DNA of 64,000 nucleotides from an uncultured Bacteroidales bacterium (lineage in GTDB: Bacteria > Bacteroidota > Bacteroidia > Bacteroidales > UBA11471), in assembly GCA_947625885.1 (NCBI GenBank), contig CANQQA010000004.1, positions 1,838-65,837 of the forward strand, read 5' to 3'. Position 1 is the first letter of the stretch, and every line of letters starts with the position of its first letter. The position numbers and the translations under genes are program-made. Below the pieces are notes generated by a model. The model was not told where the DNA came from. It saw only the letters and a list, made by a program, of their open reading frames with translations, and did no database searches. Of this stretch, positions 1 through 11,500 are shown in pieces.

Positions 1-304
1 CCCGATAATATCCGGCAGGGTCGGCAAGGGAGCACTCATCGAGGTTCTCATAATTATACACCGCCATCATTTCGCTCGTGGCATTTTCGGTGGGTTCGAG
101 CATGCCGCTGCGCAGACCTTCCAATATCGGAGCCTGATCGGCAACATCGGCAACCGCAGAAGCTATGCCCCAAAGTCCGGAATAAAGTTCGGTATTTACA
201 CCGACATAATTATCTTCGTTGAGGACGTCAATCGTATCGTCGGAGCAAGCCGCCATGGACAAGGCGACAAACACGGCAATCAAATTTTTCGTTATCTTTT
301 TCAT
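1..304 (-). CDS. SusD/RagB-like outer-membrane lipoprotein, N-terminal fragment (gene continues past the left edge)
   Basis: Absent from the ORF track because there is no stop in the window. Hand translation of the reverse strand from CAT at 302-304 gives MKKITKNLIAVFVALSMAACSDD..., a signal peptide plus lipobox Cys. It starts 20 nt after the SusC-like stop at 325, the canonical SusC-then-SusD order. Confidence 0.55.
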   Translation of the reverse strand, partial: MKKITKNLIAVFVALSMAACSDDTIDVLNEDNYVGVNTELYSGLWGIASAVADVADQAPILEGLRSGMLEPTENATSEMMAVYNYENLDECSLADPAGYYR

Positions 305-324
305 AATCATAAATTCCCAATGGT

Positions 325-3300
325 TTAGAATTCGATTTTAACACCTGCTTTGAACGAACGGGGAAGAGCTACTTTCGCATAGTCGAATCCGCGCAATGAC
401 GCATCGTAAGAATAAGTCGTTTCGGGGTCGAGACCCAGATATTTCGTAGCAGTGAATACATTTTCGGCGGAAGCGAATATGGTAAGTCCGCGCAGCAGAT
501 TGAAGCGGTAGCTTACATATACTTCTTTGAGCTTGATGAACGAAGCGTCTTCAATCCAACGGTCGGAGAAGCGGTTGTTGTCCATCGGGTCACCGTAAGT
601 CGCTTTCGGTACGAGGGTCTGGTCGCCGCTGGCTTTCCAACGACGATTGACCGAAGTCAGCTGGTTACCGTAGTCGCTCATGGCTTCGCCTATGCGACGC
701 ACGGCATTGTACACTTGATTGCCTTTGCTGTAACCGAACGTAAGCGATACTTCAAAGGCTTTATACCGCAAAGTGGTATAAAACTCGCCGAAGAATTTCG
801 GGTCGGGGCTGCCAAGATTTACACGGTCTTTTTCGTCGATGAAACCATCGTCGTTTTGGTCTTTGAAGTGTATATCGCCGGCACCGAATGTTTTGCCGCC
901 CGGAGTTCTCAGACCGGCAGCGGCAGCTTCAGCTGCCGATTCGAATACGCCTTCCGTCTGATAGCCGTAGAAGCTGTACAGCGGTTTATCGACTTCGGAA
1001 ATGATAGCCGAACCGTCACCCATTTCGGTAATAATTTTGTCGTTGCCATCGAGCGAGGTGAGGGTGTTTTTATTGTGTGCCAACGTGGCTCCGATATACC
1101 ATTTGAGGTTTTTGGTATAGACGGGCGCTACTTGGAAAGCAAGTTCCACACCTCTGTTTTCAAGGGTTCCGATATTGTCGTACATGGTATTGGTACCGTA
1201 CACGGAGGAAACGTTGCGCAGCATGATGACATCGGAAGTTTTTCCTTGATACAAATCCACGTTCACGTCGATGCGGTTGTTGGCAAGCGAGAGGTCGATA
1301 CCCAAATCGAAGGTACAGTCGGTTTCCCATTGCAGACCGGTATTGGGAACGCCGGCACGTACGAGACCCGACAGCGAACGGAAGTTCGACCGCGAGTAAG
1401 CATATTTGCTGAGACTCGTCGAGAAACGGCTGTTACCGCTCGTTACATATTCGGCACGAATGGTAAACTGGTTGAGTGCGTGGGCATCGTTGAGACCGGG
1501 CAGGTTTTTCAGATAGAGAGCTGCATTTACCGAGGGGAACACCGCCATGGCGGGAACATCGGCGCCGAACGAAGAGGCATAGTCGGCAGCCAGCGTTACG
1601 CCTGCGCTTACCAAGTGGTTGTAAGTATAAGATACATTGGCATTAAGGTTTACCCAATTGTATTTGTCGATGTAACCCGATACCTTGCGACCGATAGTAG
1701 AACTGGTATTTCCGAGCAGGAAGTAATAGTCGCTCGAAGCATTGATACCTTCGGCATAGTCGTATTCGGTCTGGTTTATAGCCGTCTGTATACCGAGTGC
1801 ACCTCTGAGGTTATGCAGTCCGTTGATCGTATAGTTGAACGTCGAACGAGCCGAGAAGTAGAGGTTCATCAATTCGGTTTCACCTACGCGGGAGGTGTTT
1901 TCAGCCAATCCGTCTTGCAGGGGCATGATAGTCTGGTTGGTGGTACCCGGAATGAATATCGACTCTTGTCTCTTGTAATAGTAGATGCCGGCATTGGCAC
2001 CGAGAGTCCAATGGTCTTTTATTTTTCCGTCGAGACCGAAAAGTCCCTGTATGTCATAAATGTTGTTTCCTGCATCGACCGTATTGACGATAGCCGTAGG
2101 ATTGGAAACGGCATTATTGACGAGGATATTTCCTTTGTCGTCGCGAATGGAGGCATAGTCGGGCAAGAGATGGTCTTCGGCATCTTTTTCATAGGGCGAG
2201 AACACGGGAGCTTTGCGCATGGCAGCCAGCATGGGGTTGGTTTCGAGCGAAAGACCTTGTTCCTGCAAATTGCTGTTGATGTATGCCATCGACAACGACG
2301 ACGAGAATATGAGGTTACGCGTCAGGTTTATATCCGAATTCAACCGTGCATAGTAGCGGTTGAGGTTGGTGTTATCTATTTGTCCGCCTTTGCGTTTGTA
2401 ACCGATAGAGAGGTCGTATTTGGCGATAGCGTCGCCGCCTTTTATCTTCAAGGTGTTATCGGTTACGAATCCCGGGGTGTAGATTTCGTCCTGCCAATCG
2501 GTATTGTTGTTATAGAGATAGGGATTGACATAGGTCGACGGGTCGTTCGAGAGGTAGGGGAATGCGTTGAGCAAAGCATCCATATCCTCATAGGCGGGGT
2601 CGCTCAGACCGATGTCGGAAACGAGTTTCTTATAGTCTGCCACGCCGAGTAAGGGGTAGGTCGATTGGTTGAGATCGACACCGTACTGACCGATAAATTC
2701 TACTTTGGTCTCGAGGTCGGTGGCACGTTCGGTTTCGATAGCGATGACGCCGTTCGATGCCAAGGTGCCGTACATGGCGGCATCGGCGCCTTTGAGTACG
2801 GATACGCTGGCTATATCCTGTGCGTTGATGGCATTGAATATGCCGGTGGAGTATCCGTTGATGGCGCCTGAGGTATTTACGTCGCCGAAATAGGGTTGCC
2901 CGTTAATGACGATAAGGGGCATACTCGCCGCATTGAACGTGCGGTTACCTCGCAGCTGGAAATAGGCACCCTCGCCCGGCATACCGCTTTTCTCGGCTAC
3001 GTAGAGACCGGGAATGCGGGTAAACGTTTTCTCGACATCGACGGTCGAAAGCGAAAAGTCTTTGTTATGACGGGTGTAGGTATTGGTATTTTTATCCTGT
3101 GCTGCAACCGAAGTATAGGGTGTTTCTACGGTATTGGCATATCCGTATTTGTCTTCGGGTATCAATATCACCTCTATTTTCGTGCGATTGCTGATAGGAA
3201 CTGTCTGCGTATAGAAGCCGGGATACCAAACTTGCAACTCGCCTTTGAGGGCAGGGAGTTCGATGGTGAACACACCGTCCGCATTGGTAGGTTCCGATTG

Positions 3301-3456
3301 TTTCAATCCTGTGGCTGAAACGATAGCTCCTTCGATAGGTTCTCCTTTGAAAGAGTCCATTACCTTACCGGTAACCGTATAGGTGCGCTGCGCCATGACA
3401 GGCATCGTTGCCAACACGGTAATCAGGAGGAGAAATAGATTTCTAAGTTTTTTCAT
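325..3456 (-). CDS. SusC/RagA-family TonB-dependent outer-membrane transporter
   Basis: About 1040 aa. N-terminal signal peptide, then a carboxypeptidase-regulatory-like module (TVTGKVMDSFKGEPIEGAIVSA), plug, large beta-barrel and a terminal aromatic residue (KIEF). The track start at 3480 is a TTG overlapping the upstream gene. ATG at 3456 (MKKLRNLF...) is preferred. Confidence 0.9.
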   Translation of the reverse strand: MKKLRNLFLLLITVLATMPVMAQRTYTVTGKVMDSFKGEPIEGAIVSATGLKQSEPTNADGVFTIELPALKGELQVWYPGFYTQTVPISNRTKIEVILIPEDKYGYANTVETPYTSVAAQDKNTNTYTRHNKDFSLSTVDVEKTFTRIPGLYVAEKSGMPGEGAYFQLRGNRTFNAASMPLIVINGQPYFGDVNTSGAINGYSTGIFNAINAQDIASVSVLKGADAAMYGTLASNGVIAIETERATDLETKVEFIGQYGVDLNQSTYPLLGVADYKKLVSDIGLSDPAYEDMDALLNAFPYLSNDPSTYVNPYLYNNNTDWQDEIYTPGFVTDNTLKIKGGDAIAKYDLSIGYKRKGGQIDNTNLNRYYARLNSDINLTRNLIFSSSLSMAYINSNLQEQGLSLETNPMLAAMRKAPVFSPYEKDAEDHLLPDYASIRDDKGNILVNNAVSNPTAIVNTVDAGNNIYDIQGLFGLDGKIKDHWTLGANAGIYYYKRQESIFIPGTTNQTIMPLQDGLAENTSRVGETELMNLYFSARSTFNYTINGLHNLRGALGIQTAINQTEYDYAEGINASSDYYFLLGNTSSTIGRKVSGYIDKYNWVNLNANVSYTYNHLVSAGVTLAADYASSFGADVPAMAVFPSVNAALYLKNLPGLNDAHALNQFTIRAEYVTSGNSRFSTSLSKYAYSRSNFRSLSGLVRAGVPNTGLQWETDCTFDLGIDLSLANNRIDVNVDLYQGKTSDVIMLRNVSSVYGTNTMYDNIGTLENRGVELAFQVAPVYTKNLKWYIGATLAHNKNTLTSLDGNDKIITEMGDGSAIISEVDKPLYSFYGYQTEGVFESAAEAAAAGLRTPGGKTFGAGDIHFKDQNDDGFIDEKDRVNLGSPDPKFFGEFYTTLRYKAFEVSLTFGYSKGNQVYNAVRRIGEAMSDYGNQLTSVNRRWKASGDQTLVPKATYGDPMDNNRFSDRWIEDASFIKLKEVYVSYRFNLLRGLTIFASAENVFTATKYLGLDPETTYSYDASLRGFDYAKVALPRSFKAGVKIEF

Positions 3457-3476
3457 ATCGTATTGTGTGTTTGATA

Positions 3477-5357
3477 TCAATAATTATTCTCAGTAGGTTT
3501 AAGGCACCAGTGGAAAAGTTCGATACGTTTGCTACCGGTAACGTATTTTACTTTGATGCGTACGGACTGCATCGTTCCCGGGTCGCCTTCCACTTCGACA
3601 GTACCTACGGTACCGCCGTCGGAGTTCCATTTACGACCGTTTCTCTGCATATATTTGTCCTGTCCGCCGGTACCGGAACGGTCGAAGTTCCACGGGGTGG
3701 AGGCGGTGAAGTCGATGCCACCGCGCACGAGGCTGTAACCCGATTTCAAGAGTACATCGCCATCGGCATCGGCAGGATCTTTTTGGAGGTTGCCGTTGTC
3801 ATCGGTCTGCGCCGTTCCGAAGAGTACGTCGCCTGTACAGCAGTCGGTGGAACGGAAGCCCATACAGAGGGTGTATTCGCCTGCGGGTATTTTATACTCG
3901 CTTATTGCGCCGGTTGTTTTCATAGCGGTAGGTTGAAGCGGCGTGAACGAAATGGAAAATTCCGTCGGTTCTTCCTTTCCGCGTACATCTATATAGGTAT
4001 ACACCGGCTCGCCTTTTTCGTTTTCATTGAAATAGGTATAGGTGTATTCCGACCATGCGTCCGAAGGATAACCTGCTGCTACAACCGGGCTGACTACGGC
4101 AGCGTCAGTGGCGATTTTCGGATAGGTCTTGTCATCGGCGTTGTTTTTGACGCATACGAAAATCTGCTGTGCAGGGTCGTTCTTGTCGCGATAACCAATG
4201 TGGTATGCGTATTGTTTCAACCGCGATATGATGACGTTGTTGGGTATTTTCAAGTCTTTTACTTTATATACCCGACCGTTGGAGAGTTTTTTGTAGGGGA
4301 AACTGCTGCCCTCTTCATAGGGGACGCTGCCCTCGACTATCTGTACGGGTGCGCCGGTGCGGTCGATATTTTTCCATTGTTTTTTGAATATGGAGTAAAT
4401 ATCTTTTTCCTGTGTGGCTTCCGGCTCGAGAAGTCCCTCGTAAAGTACGGCGCGCTGTATCCAATTGACAGCCATGGTCAGGTCTTGGGGGAACAAATGG
4501 TCGTAGCCCGTGTAGAGCGAATCGCCTTCGACGCTTTCGTTGAGCGGACGACCGATACCCGTGTAGGTAGCGTTGAGTTTATCAAAGCAGTTTTTCATTA
4601 CCTCATTGTCGGGCAGGAAACAAGTAAACTGCAAATACTCCGAGTTGATGCGTGCGGTATCGAACAAGGGGTTGTACTCTACTTCCACCCAATCGTAGAT
4701 GATGTTGCCGGTCTCATCGACGCCTGTCGGAGTCGAACGTGCCGTATCATACACCATGCGGCTGCGATTCATTATCGAATCGCGGAAAATGGAATACGAA
4801 TCGTCCAGCGATTTGATGTAGTTATAGAGATTGATACGGGGTTCCATCAACTCTTCGATTTCATATACCACACCGTTGTTCAAACGGTAAGATTTCAACA
4901 CCTTGATATCGTTGGCTAAAAGCCCCCCTTCATTGTTGGTAATCTGTATATAGGTACCATTCAATGTTTTGAGTCGTTTTCCGTCGGTCAGCTGGTCTTT
5001 GGTCATCGACAAATAGTTGACGTGATAACGCAGACGTGCCGTATCGCTCTCCAAGGGTGTTTCGCTTTTTTCGGCTTCGGTGGCGATATTGGAGTTGTTA
5101 ACAGTCCAGAGGGTAAATTCCTGACCCGAATTTTTCAATTCTTCGGTTATGCCCACACTTCCCAAAAGGTTGAAGAAATCGTTGTATTCGGCATGCTCGT
5201 CAAAAAATTCCATTACGGTAACATTCTCGATTTCCTCGATATCATCGGTGGGATTCTTCGATATTGTCGACGAGTTATAATAATCGTCCCATGTCTCCGT
5301 GCAGGCTGCTATCAATCCGCAGCCGACCAACAAAAGAGGATATATCTTTTTCTTCAT
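3477..5357 (-). CDS. Fasciclin (FAS1) domain-containing lipoprotein
   Basis: Signal peptide plus lipobox (LLVGCGLIAAC). FAS1-like signatures FTLWTVNNSNI, YHV and NNGVVYEIEELMEP. The large C-terminal part is unassigned. Confidence 0.72.
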   Translation of the reverse strand: MKKKIYPLLLVGCGLIAACTETWDDYYNSSTISKNPTDDIEEIENVTVMEFFDEHAEYNDFFNLLGSVGITEELKNSGQEFTLWTVNNSNIATEAEKSETPLESDTARLRYHVNYLSMTKDQLTDGKRLKTLNGTYIQITNNEGGLLANDIKVLKSYRLNNGVVYEIEELMEPRINLYNYIKSLDDSYSIFRDSIMNRSRMVYDTARSTPTGVDETGNIIYDWVEVEYNPLFDTARINSEYLQFTCFLPDNEVMKNCFDKLNATYTGIGRPLNESVEGDSLYTGYDHLFPQDLTMAVNWIQRAVLYEGLLEPEATQEKDIYSIFKKQWKNIDRTGAPVQIVEGSVPYEEGSSFPYKKLSNGRVYKVKDLKIPNNVIISRLKQYAYHIGYRDKNDPAQQIFVCVKNNADDKTYPKIATDAAVVSPVVAAGYPSDAWSEYTYTYFNENEKGEPVYTYIDVRGKEEPTEFSISFTPLQPTAMKTTGAISEYKIPAGEYTLCMGFRSTDCCTGDVLFGTAQTDDNGNLQKDPADADGDVLLKSGYSLVRGGIDFTASTPWNFDRSGTGGQDKYMQRNGRKWNSDGGTVGTVEVEGDPGTMQSVRIKVKYVTGSKRIELFHWCLKPTENNY

Positions 5358-5362
5358 GGCGT

Positions 5363-6952
5363 CTATTTTTTAGGAGTGAACAACATATAATCGAGTTGCA
5401 GGGTGGCGCCTGTATTGTCTTCGATACGGACGTCATGTCTGTCTGTAACAGCGAATTTCACAGTACCTACCAATGCGGTGCTGTCGGTTCCGTTTACTAC
5501 GACCGAGCGGTCGGGGTATTTGCCGTTGGTGAAGAGCCAGCCGATTTCTTCACCGTCGATATAGACGGTAATGCGGTTGCCTGCTTCGTTGGCAAACTCG
5601 TTGTAGTGAGCCAACCCTACGGTGTAGGTGGTGGAGTCGGCGATGATAGTGGGAGTCTTCATCGTAATGGAATTGTACTGACGAAGGTTGAGTTGGAGAG
5701 CATCGTTGTTGAGAAGTCTGTTCCGTACCGTATCGGTCGAAGCAGCCACATAATAGCTCACACTGCTTACATCAGGATTCCACGAATAAGTAAAGTCGGG
5801 GTAGTTGGGATTATCAACCAACGAATCCATGTAATGGACACTAGCCTCCCGCAACGAAGTCAGGCGATAATCGGGATAGAGGCTCTCCAACACTTTGTTG
5901 TCGGACAAATCCCATGTAACGCTCGGCAAGGTCGAGGGGTCTTTGATGGTCATCAGAGCGTCGATGATGTGTACCACGCCATTTTTGCAGGTAACATCGC
6001 CTTCGATAATCTGTACGCCGTCTTTTGTATCTTTATCGTAATTGATGTAGAACTCGCCATCGGTGATGGACATTTCGATATATGCGGCTTCTGCCTCTGT
6101 TTCGAGCAACGGGTTGCTGGTGCTGGGCAGATAGTTAAGCCGGTTGGTGGAGAAAGCACCTCTCGAAATGAAGTGGTAAGCGGCGAAACGATACATGGCG
6201 TTGTCCTGTGTGCGCCATGCATCTCTGTTCTGTCCGGCTCCCAAGCGATCGGCAAGTGCGTCAAGCGTGGTGATGTTGGCGTTACAGAAAACGCTGTCGG
6301 GCACGACGAAACAGGTGTACGAAGCGCGCCCTTGCGGCTGTGCGAATGCCATCGTACCGGTGGCATCGAGCAACTGGTAGAACATAGACCAGCCGTTTTC
6401 CTTATTATTTTCATTTATGAGGTCGGCAATGGATTCATTGACAGGGTCGAGCACTTTGTCGATAATGAATATGCTGCCGTTGGTAACTTCGATGTCGGCA
6501 TCGTTAAGAATCTTGGCATCTCTATTGACCCAATAGTTACCTTCTTCGTCGAATGTGATGGTCAGATAGTCGCCGGAGGCGGTGGTATCGGGCAGCACAT
6601 CGTTGGAGAAGTCTATCCGCGAATATACGTTATTGGCAATCGTGGAATATTTCACCAATCCGCGAGCCGTAAGGCTGTCGATCTCGAAAACGGAACCGAG
6701 CCCTCTACCGGTAAGGTATGTCGTAACCGCATCGTTGTTGGGAACAAAGAGGGTGTAGGCGGCATCGAGGTTGATGGTGTTGAACAAATCGGTGTGTTCG
6801 AGCAGGTCGGTCCACATCGTGTAACCGTTTTCCTTAAGCCAAGTGGCGGCAGGTTCGTCATCGGAGATTCTGAACGTGGAATCTTCGAGATCGTCATTGC
6901 AAGCCGAAAGCATTGCAGCCGCTACGAAAAAATATAAAATTTTATGTTTCAT
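5363..6952 (-). CDS. Fasciclin (FAS1) domain-containing lipoprotein
   Basis: Lipobox (AAAMLSAC). Clear FAS1 signatures YTLFVPNNDAV ... TNGSIFIIDKVLDP. A second FAS1-like module follows (CFVVPDSVF ... KNGVVHIIDALM). Confidence 0.8.
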   Translation of the reverse strand: MKHKILYFFVAAAMLSACNDDLEDSTFRISDDEPAATWLKENGYTMWTDLLEHTDLFNTINLDAAYTLFVPNNDAVTTYLTGRGLGSVFEIDSLTARGLVKYSTIANNVYSRIDFSNDVLPDTTASGDYLTITFDEEGNYWVNRDAKILNDADIEVTNGSIFIIDKVLDPVNESIADLINENNKENGWSMFYQLLDATGTMAFAQPQGRASYTCFVVPDSVFCNANITTLDALADRLGAGQNRDAWRTQDNAMYRFAAYHFISRGAFSTNRLNYLPSTSNPLLETEAEAAYIEMSITDGEFYINYDKDTKDGVQIIEGDVTCKNGVVHIIDALMTIKDPSTLPSVTWDLSDNKVLESLYPDYRLTSLREASVHYMDSLVDNPNYPDFTYSWNPDVSSVSYYVAASTDTVRNRLLNNDALQLNLRQYNSITMKTPTIIADSTTYTVGLAHYNEFANEAGNRITVYIDGEEIGWLFTNGKYPDRSVVVNGTDSTALVGTVKFAVTDRHDVRIEDNTGATLQLDYMLFTPKK

Positions 6953-6974
6953 AAGTGTATGACTTTTTCATAGG

Positions 6975-8498
6975 TTATTTTCCGAGCTCGGCATATGCCC
7001 TATTTTGTTCCAAAAGGGTATTTTTCTCCAATTCGGAACTGTTGATGGGCAGATACCATGAATCGGGGTAATTCTTGTTCATCTTGGAGAGTACCAACGC
7101 ACGAGAGATAGGAGCCAAATCTCTTGAACATTCGGTAATCAGCCAATCTATTCCATCGGCGTGGTAGTTGTAATTGTACAAGCCGACGCGCAAGATGTCG
7201 AACCAACGTTTGCCTTCGGCATAAAATTCGATGCTGCGTTCGTCGACAATGGATTGTATGACATTGCCCGCGTTGACGAGCGACGGACTTCCACCCCGTT
7301 GGTGCACCCGATTGACAAGGTTGAACGCTTCTTCGGTGTTGCCCGTTCTTGCCAAGGCTTCGGCTTTCATCAGCAGGACTTCGGCGAAGCGGTAGATTAT
7401 CCAGTTTTGGTCATTTTGTTCACCGGTACGTACGGTGTTTTCGGTGTCTTGTCCGTAATATTTCCATACCATATCGGCGGTGATTCCCGGCGTAACATCG
7501 CCCCATGTACCTCCGGCGCCGCGAATGTCGTTTTCGGCGTCGATGATACGATTAGCCCGAGCCTCGAAAGTGTTCGATGCTCTGAACCGGCGGGTCGTGG
7601 CAGAACCCGTAGCGAACCACTCTTCAAAGCTGTTTGTCTGCGCGAGTGCATTGGAGTATTGTACCTCAAAGATGCTCTCTTCGCTGTTTCCCGGGAAGAA
7701 ATTGGAGAACCATTCGTCTTTTTGTTTCAATCCCAACCAGCCGCCGTTGATGACACTGTCGCACGAAGCGATGCAGAGGTTGAAATAGTAGTTGGAGGTA
7801 TCGGAATTGGCTACCGAAGAACCCAACCACAACGACATATCGGCGGTGAGGGTGTAGAGCGCCCAGCGGGTGGCTCGACCTTTATCGTCTTCGACAACGG
7901 GGAAACGTTCCTTGGCATAGGTGTAATAACCGCTCAGGGCTTCGATTTCTTTTTCGAGAATGATGTTGCCGTCGGTTTTTTCCAAAAGAAATTCGGCATC
8001 GTCATTGACGTAGGGTTCGATAACGTAGGGAACGTCTTTGAACGTGCGCACCAGATAGAAATAGGAGAGCGCACGCAGGAAGTGGGCTTCGGCTACGATA
8101 GAGTTCATTTCGAACTCATTGAACGAAGCGTCTTTTTCAACGACGGTGGGAGCATACTTGATGACGGAGTTTGCCATACCGATAATATTGTATGCCGAAC
8201 TCCAAGCGGTGAGGTCGTTGGTGGGAAGAATGTTCCCGTTTCGAATGTTCATGGCTTTTGATTCGACCAACTCGAGGTCGCAGGCGCGCATCTCGCCCCA
8301 ATAGATGAAGGTGCAGTTGTTTATCGCATCACGCAAGTAGCGGTAGGCTTTTCCCAAAACACCTTCGACATCGCCTTTCGATTTCCAGAAAGTGGTAGTC
8401 GCCTGCACACCGGCAGGATCGACGTTCATCCAGTCCTGACAAGCTGCCATAGCAATTGCTATTGCCGATGCGCATATATATATGTATATCTTTTTCAT
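6975..8498 (-). CDS. SusD/RagB-family nutrient-binding outer-membrane lipoprotein
   Basis: Lipobox (AIAMAAC). Helical TPR-like SusD core motifs (AHFLRALSYFYLVRTFKDVPY, RFAEVLLMKAEA, ERSIEFYAEGKRWFDILR). Lies 12 nt downstream of a SusC-like gene. Confidence 0.88.
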   Translation of the reverse strand: MKKIYIYICASAIAIAMAACQDWMNVDPAGVQATTTFWKSKGDVEGVLGKAYRYLRDAINNCTFIYWGEMRACDLELVESKAMNIRNGNILPTNDLTAWSSAYNIIGMANSVIKYAPTVVEKDASFNEFEMNSIVAEAHFLRALSYFYLVRTFKDVPYVIEPYVNDDAEFLLEKTDGNIILEKEIEALSGYYTYAKERFPVVEDDKGRATRWALYTLTADMSLWLGSSVANSDTSNYYFNLCIASCDSVINGGWLGLKQKDEWFSNFFPGNSEESIFEVQYSNALAQTNSFEEWFATGSATTRRFRASNTFEARANRIIDAENDIRGAGGTWGDVTPGITADMVWKYYGQDTENTVRTGEQNDQNWIIYRFAEVLLMKAEALARTGNTEEAFNLVNRVHQRGGSPSLVNAGNVIQSIVDERSIEFYAEGKRWFDILRVGLYNYNYHADGIDWLITECSRDLAPISRALVLSKMNKNYPDSWYLPINSSELEKNTLLEQNRAYAELGK

Positions 8499-8510
8499 AT
8501 CTGTAAAATG

Positions 8511-11500
8511 TTAGAATCTGAGGTTGATACCGAATTTCACACGAATAGGCTTCGGAGTGGAGGCTCCATCGACGGCGAGACGTACAAGTCCGCTGTCGTC
8601 TTGTTTCTTTTCGCTGACCTCAGGGTCTTGACCCGAATATTTGGTCAATGTCCACAAGTCGTAGGCAGTAACGTAAAGGTCGAATCCTTTGAGGTGCATT
8701 TTCTTGAGGAGGTTTTTGGGGAATCCGTATTTGAGCGTAAGCGTCTTCATACGGAGGAACGAAGCGTCTTCGATATAACGGTCGGAGCCCAAGGAGTTGT
8801 AACCCTGTCCGTAAAGAGCGCGCGGCATATCGGTAATATCGCCTTCATTACGCCAGCGGCGCAGGGTGGCGGTACTCTGGTTGGTCTTTCCGCGCATCAT
8901 TTCGGAGTTGAGTCGGGCTTGGTTGAATACCTTTTGTCCGGCACGACCTTGGAAGTTGGCGGAAAGCTGCCACGTCTTGTACGAGAGGCGGAACTGGATA
9001 CCGCCGAGCAGTTTCGGGCTGTAATTGCCGAGATACACGATATCGTTGGCGTTGATTACACCGTCGCCGTTGATATCTTCGTATTTGGCGTCGCCCGGGC
9101 GGGCAGTCCACGTGTTGATGCGGGTTACCACCGGTTTGCCGTCGATGTCGTAAATGGTCTTGCCATTGATGTCTTTGGCATAGGTGTCTTCGACGTTTTG
9201 ATATACGCCTTTGTAGCGGTAGCCGTAGAACGAACCGAGCGGATTCCCTTCCATGACGAGGAATGCGTATTTTCCGTTGTCGAATGTGTAGTTCTCCATA
9301 TCGACGTTGGGGGGGAAAGAGTTAATCATGTTGTCGTTCTGCGAAATGTTGAACGAAAGGAAGAAATTCCAGTCTTTGGTCTTCACCACGTCGGCATCAA
9401 TACGGAACTCCCAACCTTTGTTGGTCATCTTACCGGAGTTGTACCATGCCACTTTGGAGAAACCGGTGGAGGTAGGCAGGCTCATACCTTTCTGCAACAG
9501 GTTGTTGGTAACGTTTTTATAGAGATCGACGGTGAACATGAGGCGGTCGTTGAGAATACCGAAATCAATACCGGCATTCCATTTATCGACGACTTCATAA
9601 GTTACGTTATCGAGTTCGATAGCGCTGGGGTACATAGAAGGCATATTCAAGTAACCGCTGGGATCGGAAGCGAATGTACCTACATAGGGCGATACGCCGG
9701 AGGGTGCTTTACCGGTCTGACCCCAAGAGAGACGAATCTTGCAAAGCGAGATGACGTTTTGGTTTTTCATGAACTCCTCGTCACCGAGTTGCCAACCGAC
9801 ACCGAAAGTGGGGAATTTGCCCCAACGGTTCCGCGCAGGCAGCGAAGAGGTGGCTTCGCCGCGGAACGATGCGTTGAACATGTAACGATCCAACAGAATA
9901 TATTCGGCAGAAACGTTGGCACTCATTTCACGCGTAGTGGACTTGCCGCTGCTCATTCCGACGAGATAGCCGCCTGTGGCGGGGTCGGAAAGATAGTAAG
10001 AGGCGTTGCCCGACGTCTGGGCGCCGTAGCTGGTGGCGGAGGTTTGCTCTATTTGCAGGATACCGGAAGCGACGAGGCGGTGTATATCGTTGAATGTCTG
10101 GTTATAGACCAGTCGGTTTTCGGTATAGAGGTAGAGCTGTTCATTGGAAGCATCGGAACTGCGGTTGTACCACTCATTGGGGTTTTGGGCGTTGGCGCTT
10201 TGTACCCAAGGCACACCGCTCACCGAAACCGGCAGGAATTTTTTGGTGCGTTTGCTGTCGGCAGTGAGTGCCACCGTTCCGAAATAGCTGAGTGAAGGAA
10301 TTATCTGGTATTGAAGGTTGAACGACAGACGGGAGTTGTAGGAGTTGAGTTTGTTCACGCCTTCGTTTACCAAAGCTACGGGATTGTAATTGTTATTGGC
10401 TTCAAAAGTCTGCTGGAAGTCTTCATAGGGAGTGAAGTAGGTGTCGGTGCGGCGGCTGCCGTCTTCCGTCATGACGAAAGGACTCTCCTGCGGCATCTTC
10501 TTCATCGCCATAGAGCGGGCACCCTCGATGCTACCTTCCGACCAGTTGGAATTACGGTCGTTGTAGGTAAGCGAAAATTCGGTGGTGATTTGAAGTTTCT
10601 TCGAGAAGCGGTAGTTCATGTTGAAGCGGGTGGAGAAGCGTTGCACACCGGTACCTTTCGTGGTACCTTTTTCGTTGAGGTAACCCAACGAGAGGCGATA
10701 GGTGGCTTTGTCGCCGCCACCCGACATGGAGAAGTTGTTGTCGATGGTGTAACCGATACGCGACACTTCGTCGAGCCATTTGGTATCGACATTGTATTCG
10801 TTGAAGAGCAGCGAGCCCGGGTTGAAGTTTATTTCATCGGCATCGAGCAAATCCATATACAATTGCGCGTTACTGTTGTTGTAGCCCAAGTCGTTGATAG
10901 AGTTCCAAAGGGCGTCTTGCAACAGGGATACATACTGCGAAGCGTTGAGCAAAGGATAGGTGCTCGCCTCTTTCTTGACTTCGGCGTTGGTGCTGAACGT
11001 GAAACTTATTTTTCCTTTCGCACCTTTCTTGGTATTGATGACCAAGACACCGTTGGCGCCTTTGGAGCCCCAAATGGCAGTGGCTTGGGCATCTTTCAAT
11101 ACTTCGATGGACTCGATGTCGGCAGGCGAAATATCGAGCAGCTGCGAGTAGTCGTCGGTAGAAGCGGCTGCGAAATCGAAGTCATCGGTATTTACGGGGA
11201 AAGGTACGCCATTGACGACGATGAGAGGGTCGGAACTGGCGTTGAGCGACTGGGTACCGCGAATACGAATGGTAGAGTTGGAACCCGGGTCGGCGCCGGT
11301 AATAATATCGACGTTGGAGAGAGCACCTTGCAGAGCTTCGGCAACGGAGGTTACGGGAGCCGTTTCGAGACCCTCCATACTCATGCGCTGTACGGCGCCG
11401 AGTTCTTCACGAGGGGTAAGACCCATCTGATTCCGCTCGGCTCTTTTGGCGGAAACTTCAACGGTTTCGAGTTCATGCGATTCTTCTACGAGGGCAACGT

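Noticed and set aside
715-2652. 645-aa ORF on the plus strand, antisense to the SusC-like gene. Similar cases are 3465-4919, 5264-6937, 7161-8261, 8508-10295 and 10311-11900.
   Set aside because: Each lies entirely opposite a gene with unmistakable family motifs. The translations are low-complexity (Val/Gly/Phe/Arg/Ile-rich) with no signal peptides or motifs. This is typical stop-codon depletion on the antisense strand of GC-rich genes.
3457-3480. TTG/GTG-extended starts proposed by the ORF track (3480, 22996, 32832, 34120, 35710, 49788, 60225, 63986).
   Set aside because: In each case a downstream ATG gives a canonical signal peptide or family N-terminus. The extension overlaps an upstream gene, a -7 promoter box or, at 63986, an ORF that simply continues past the window edge.
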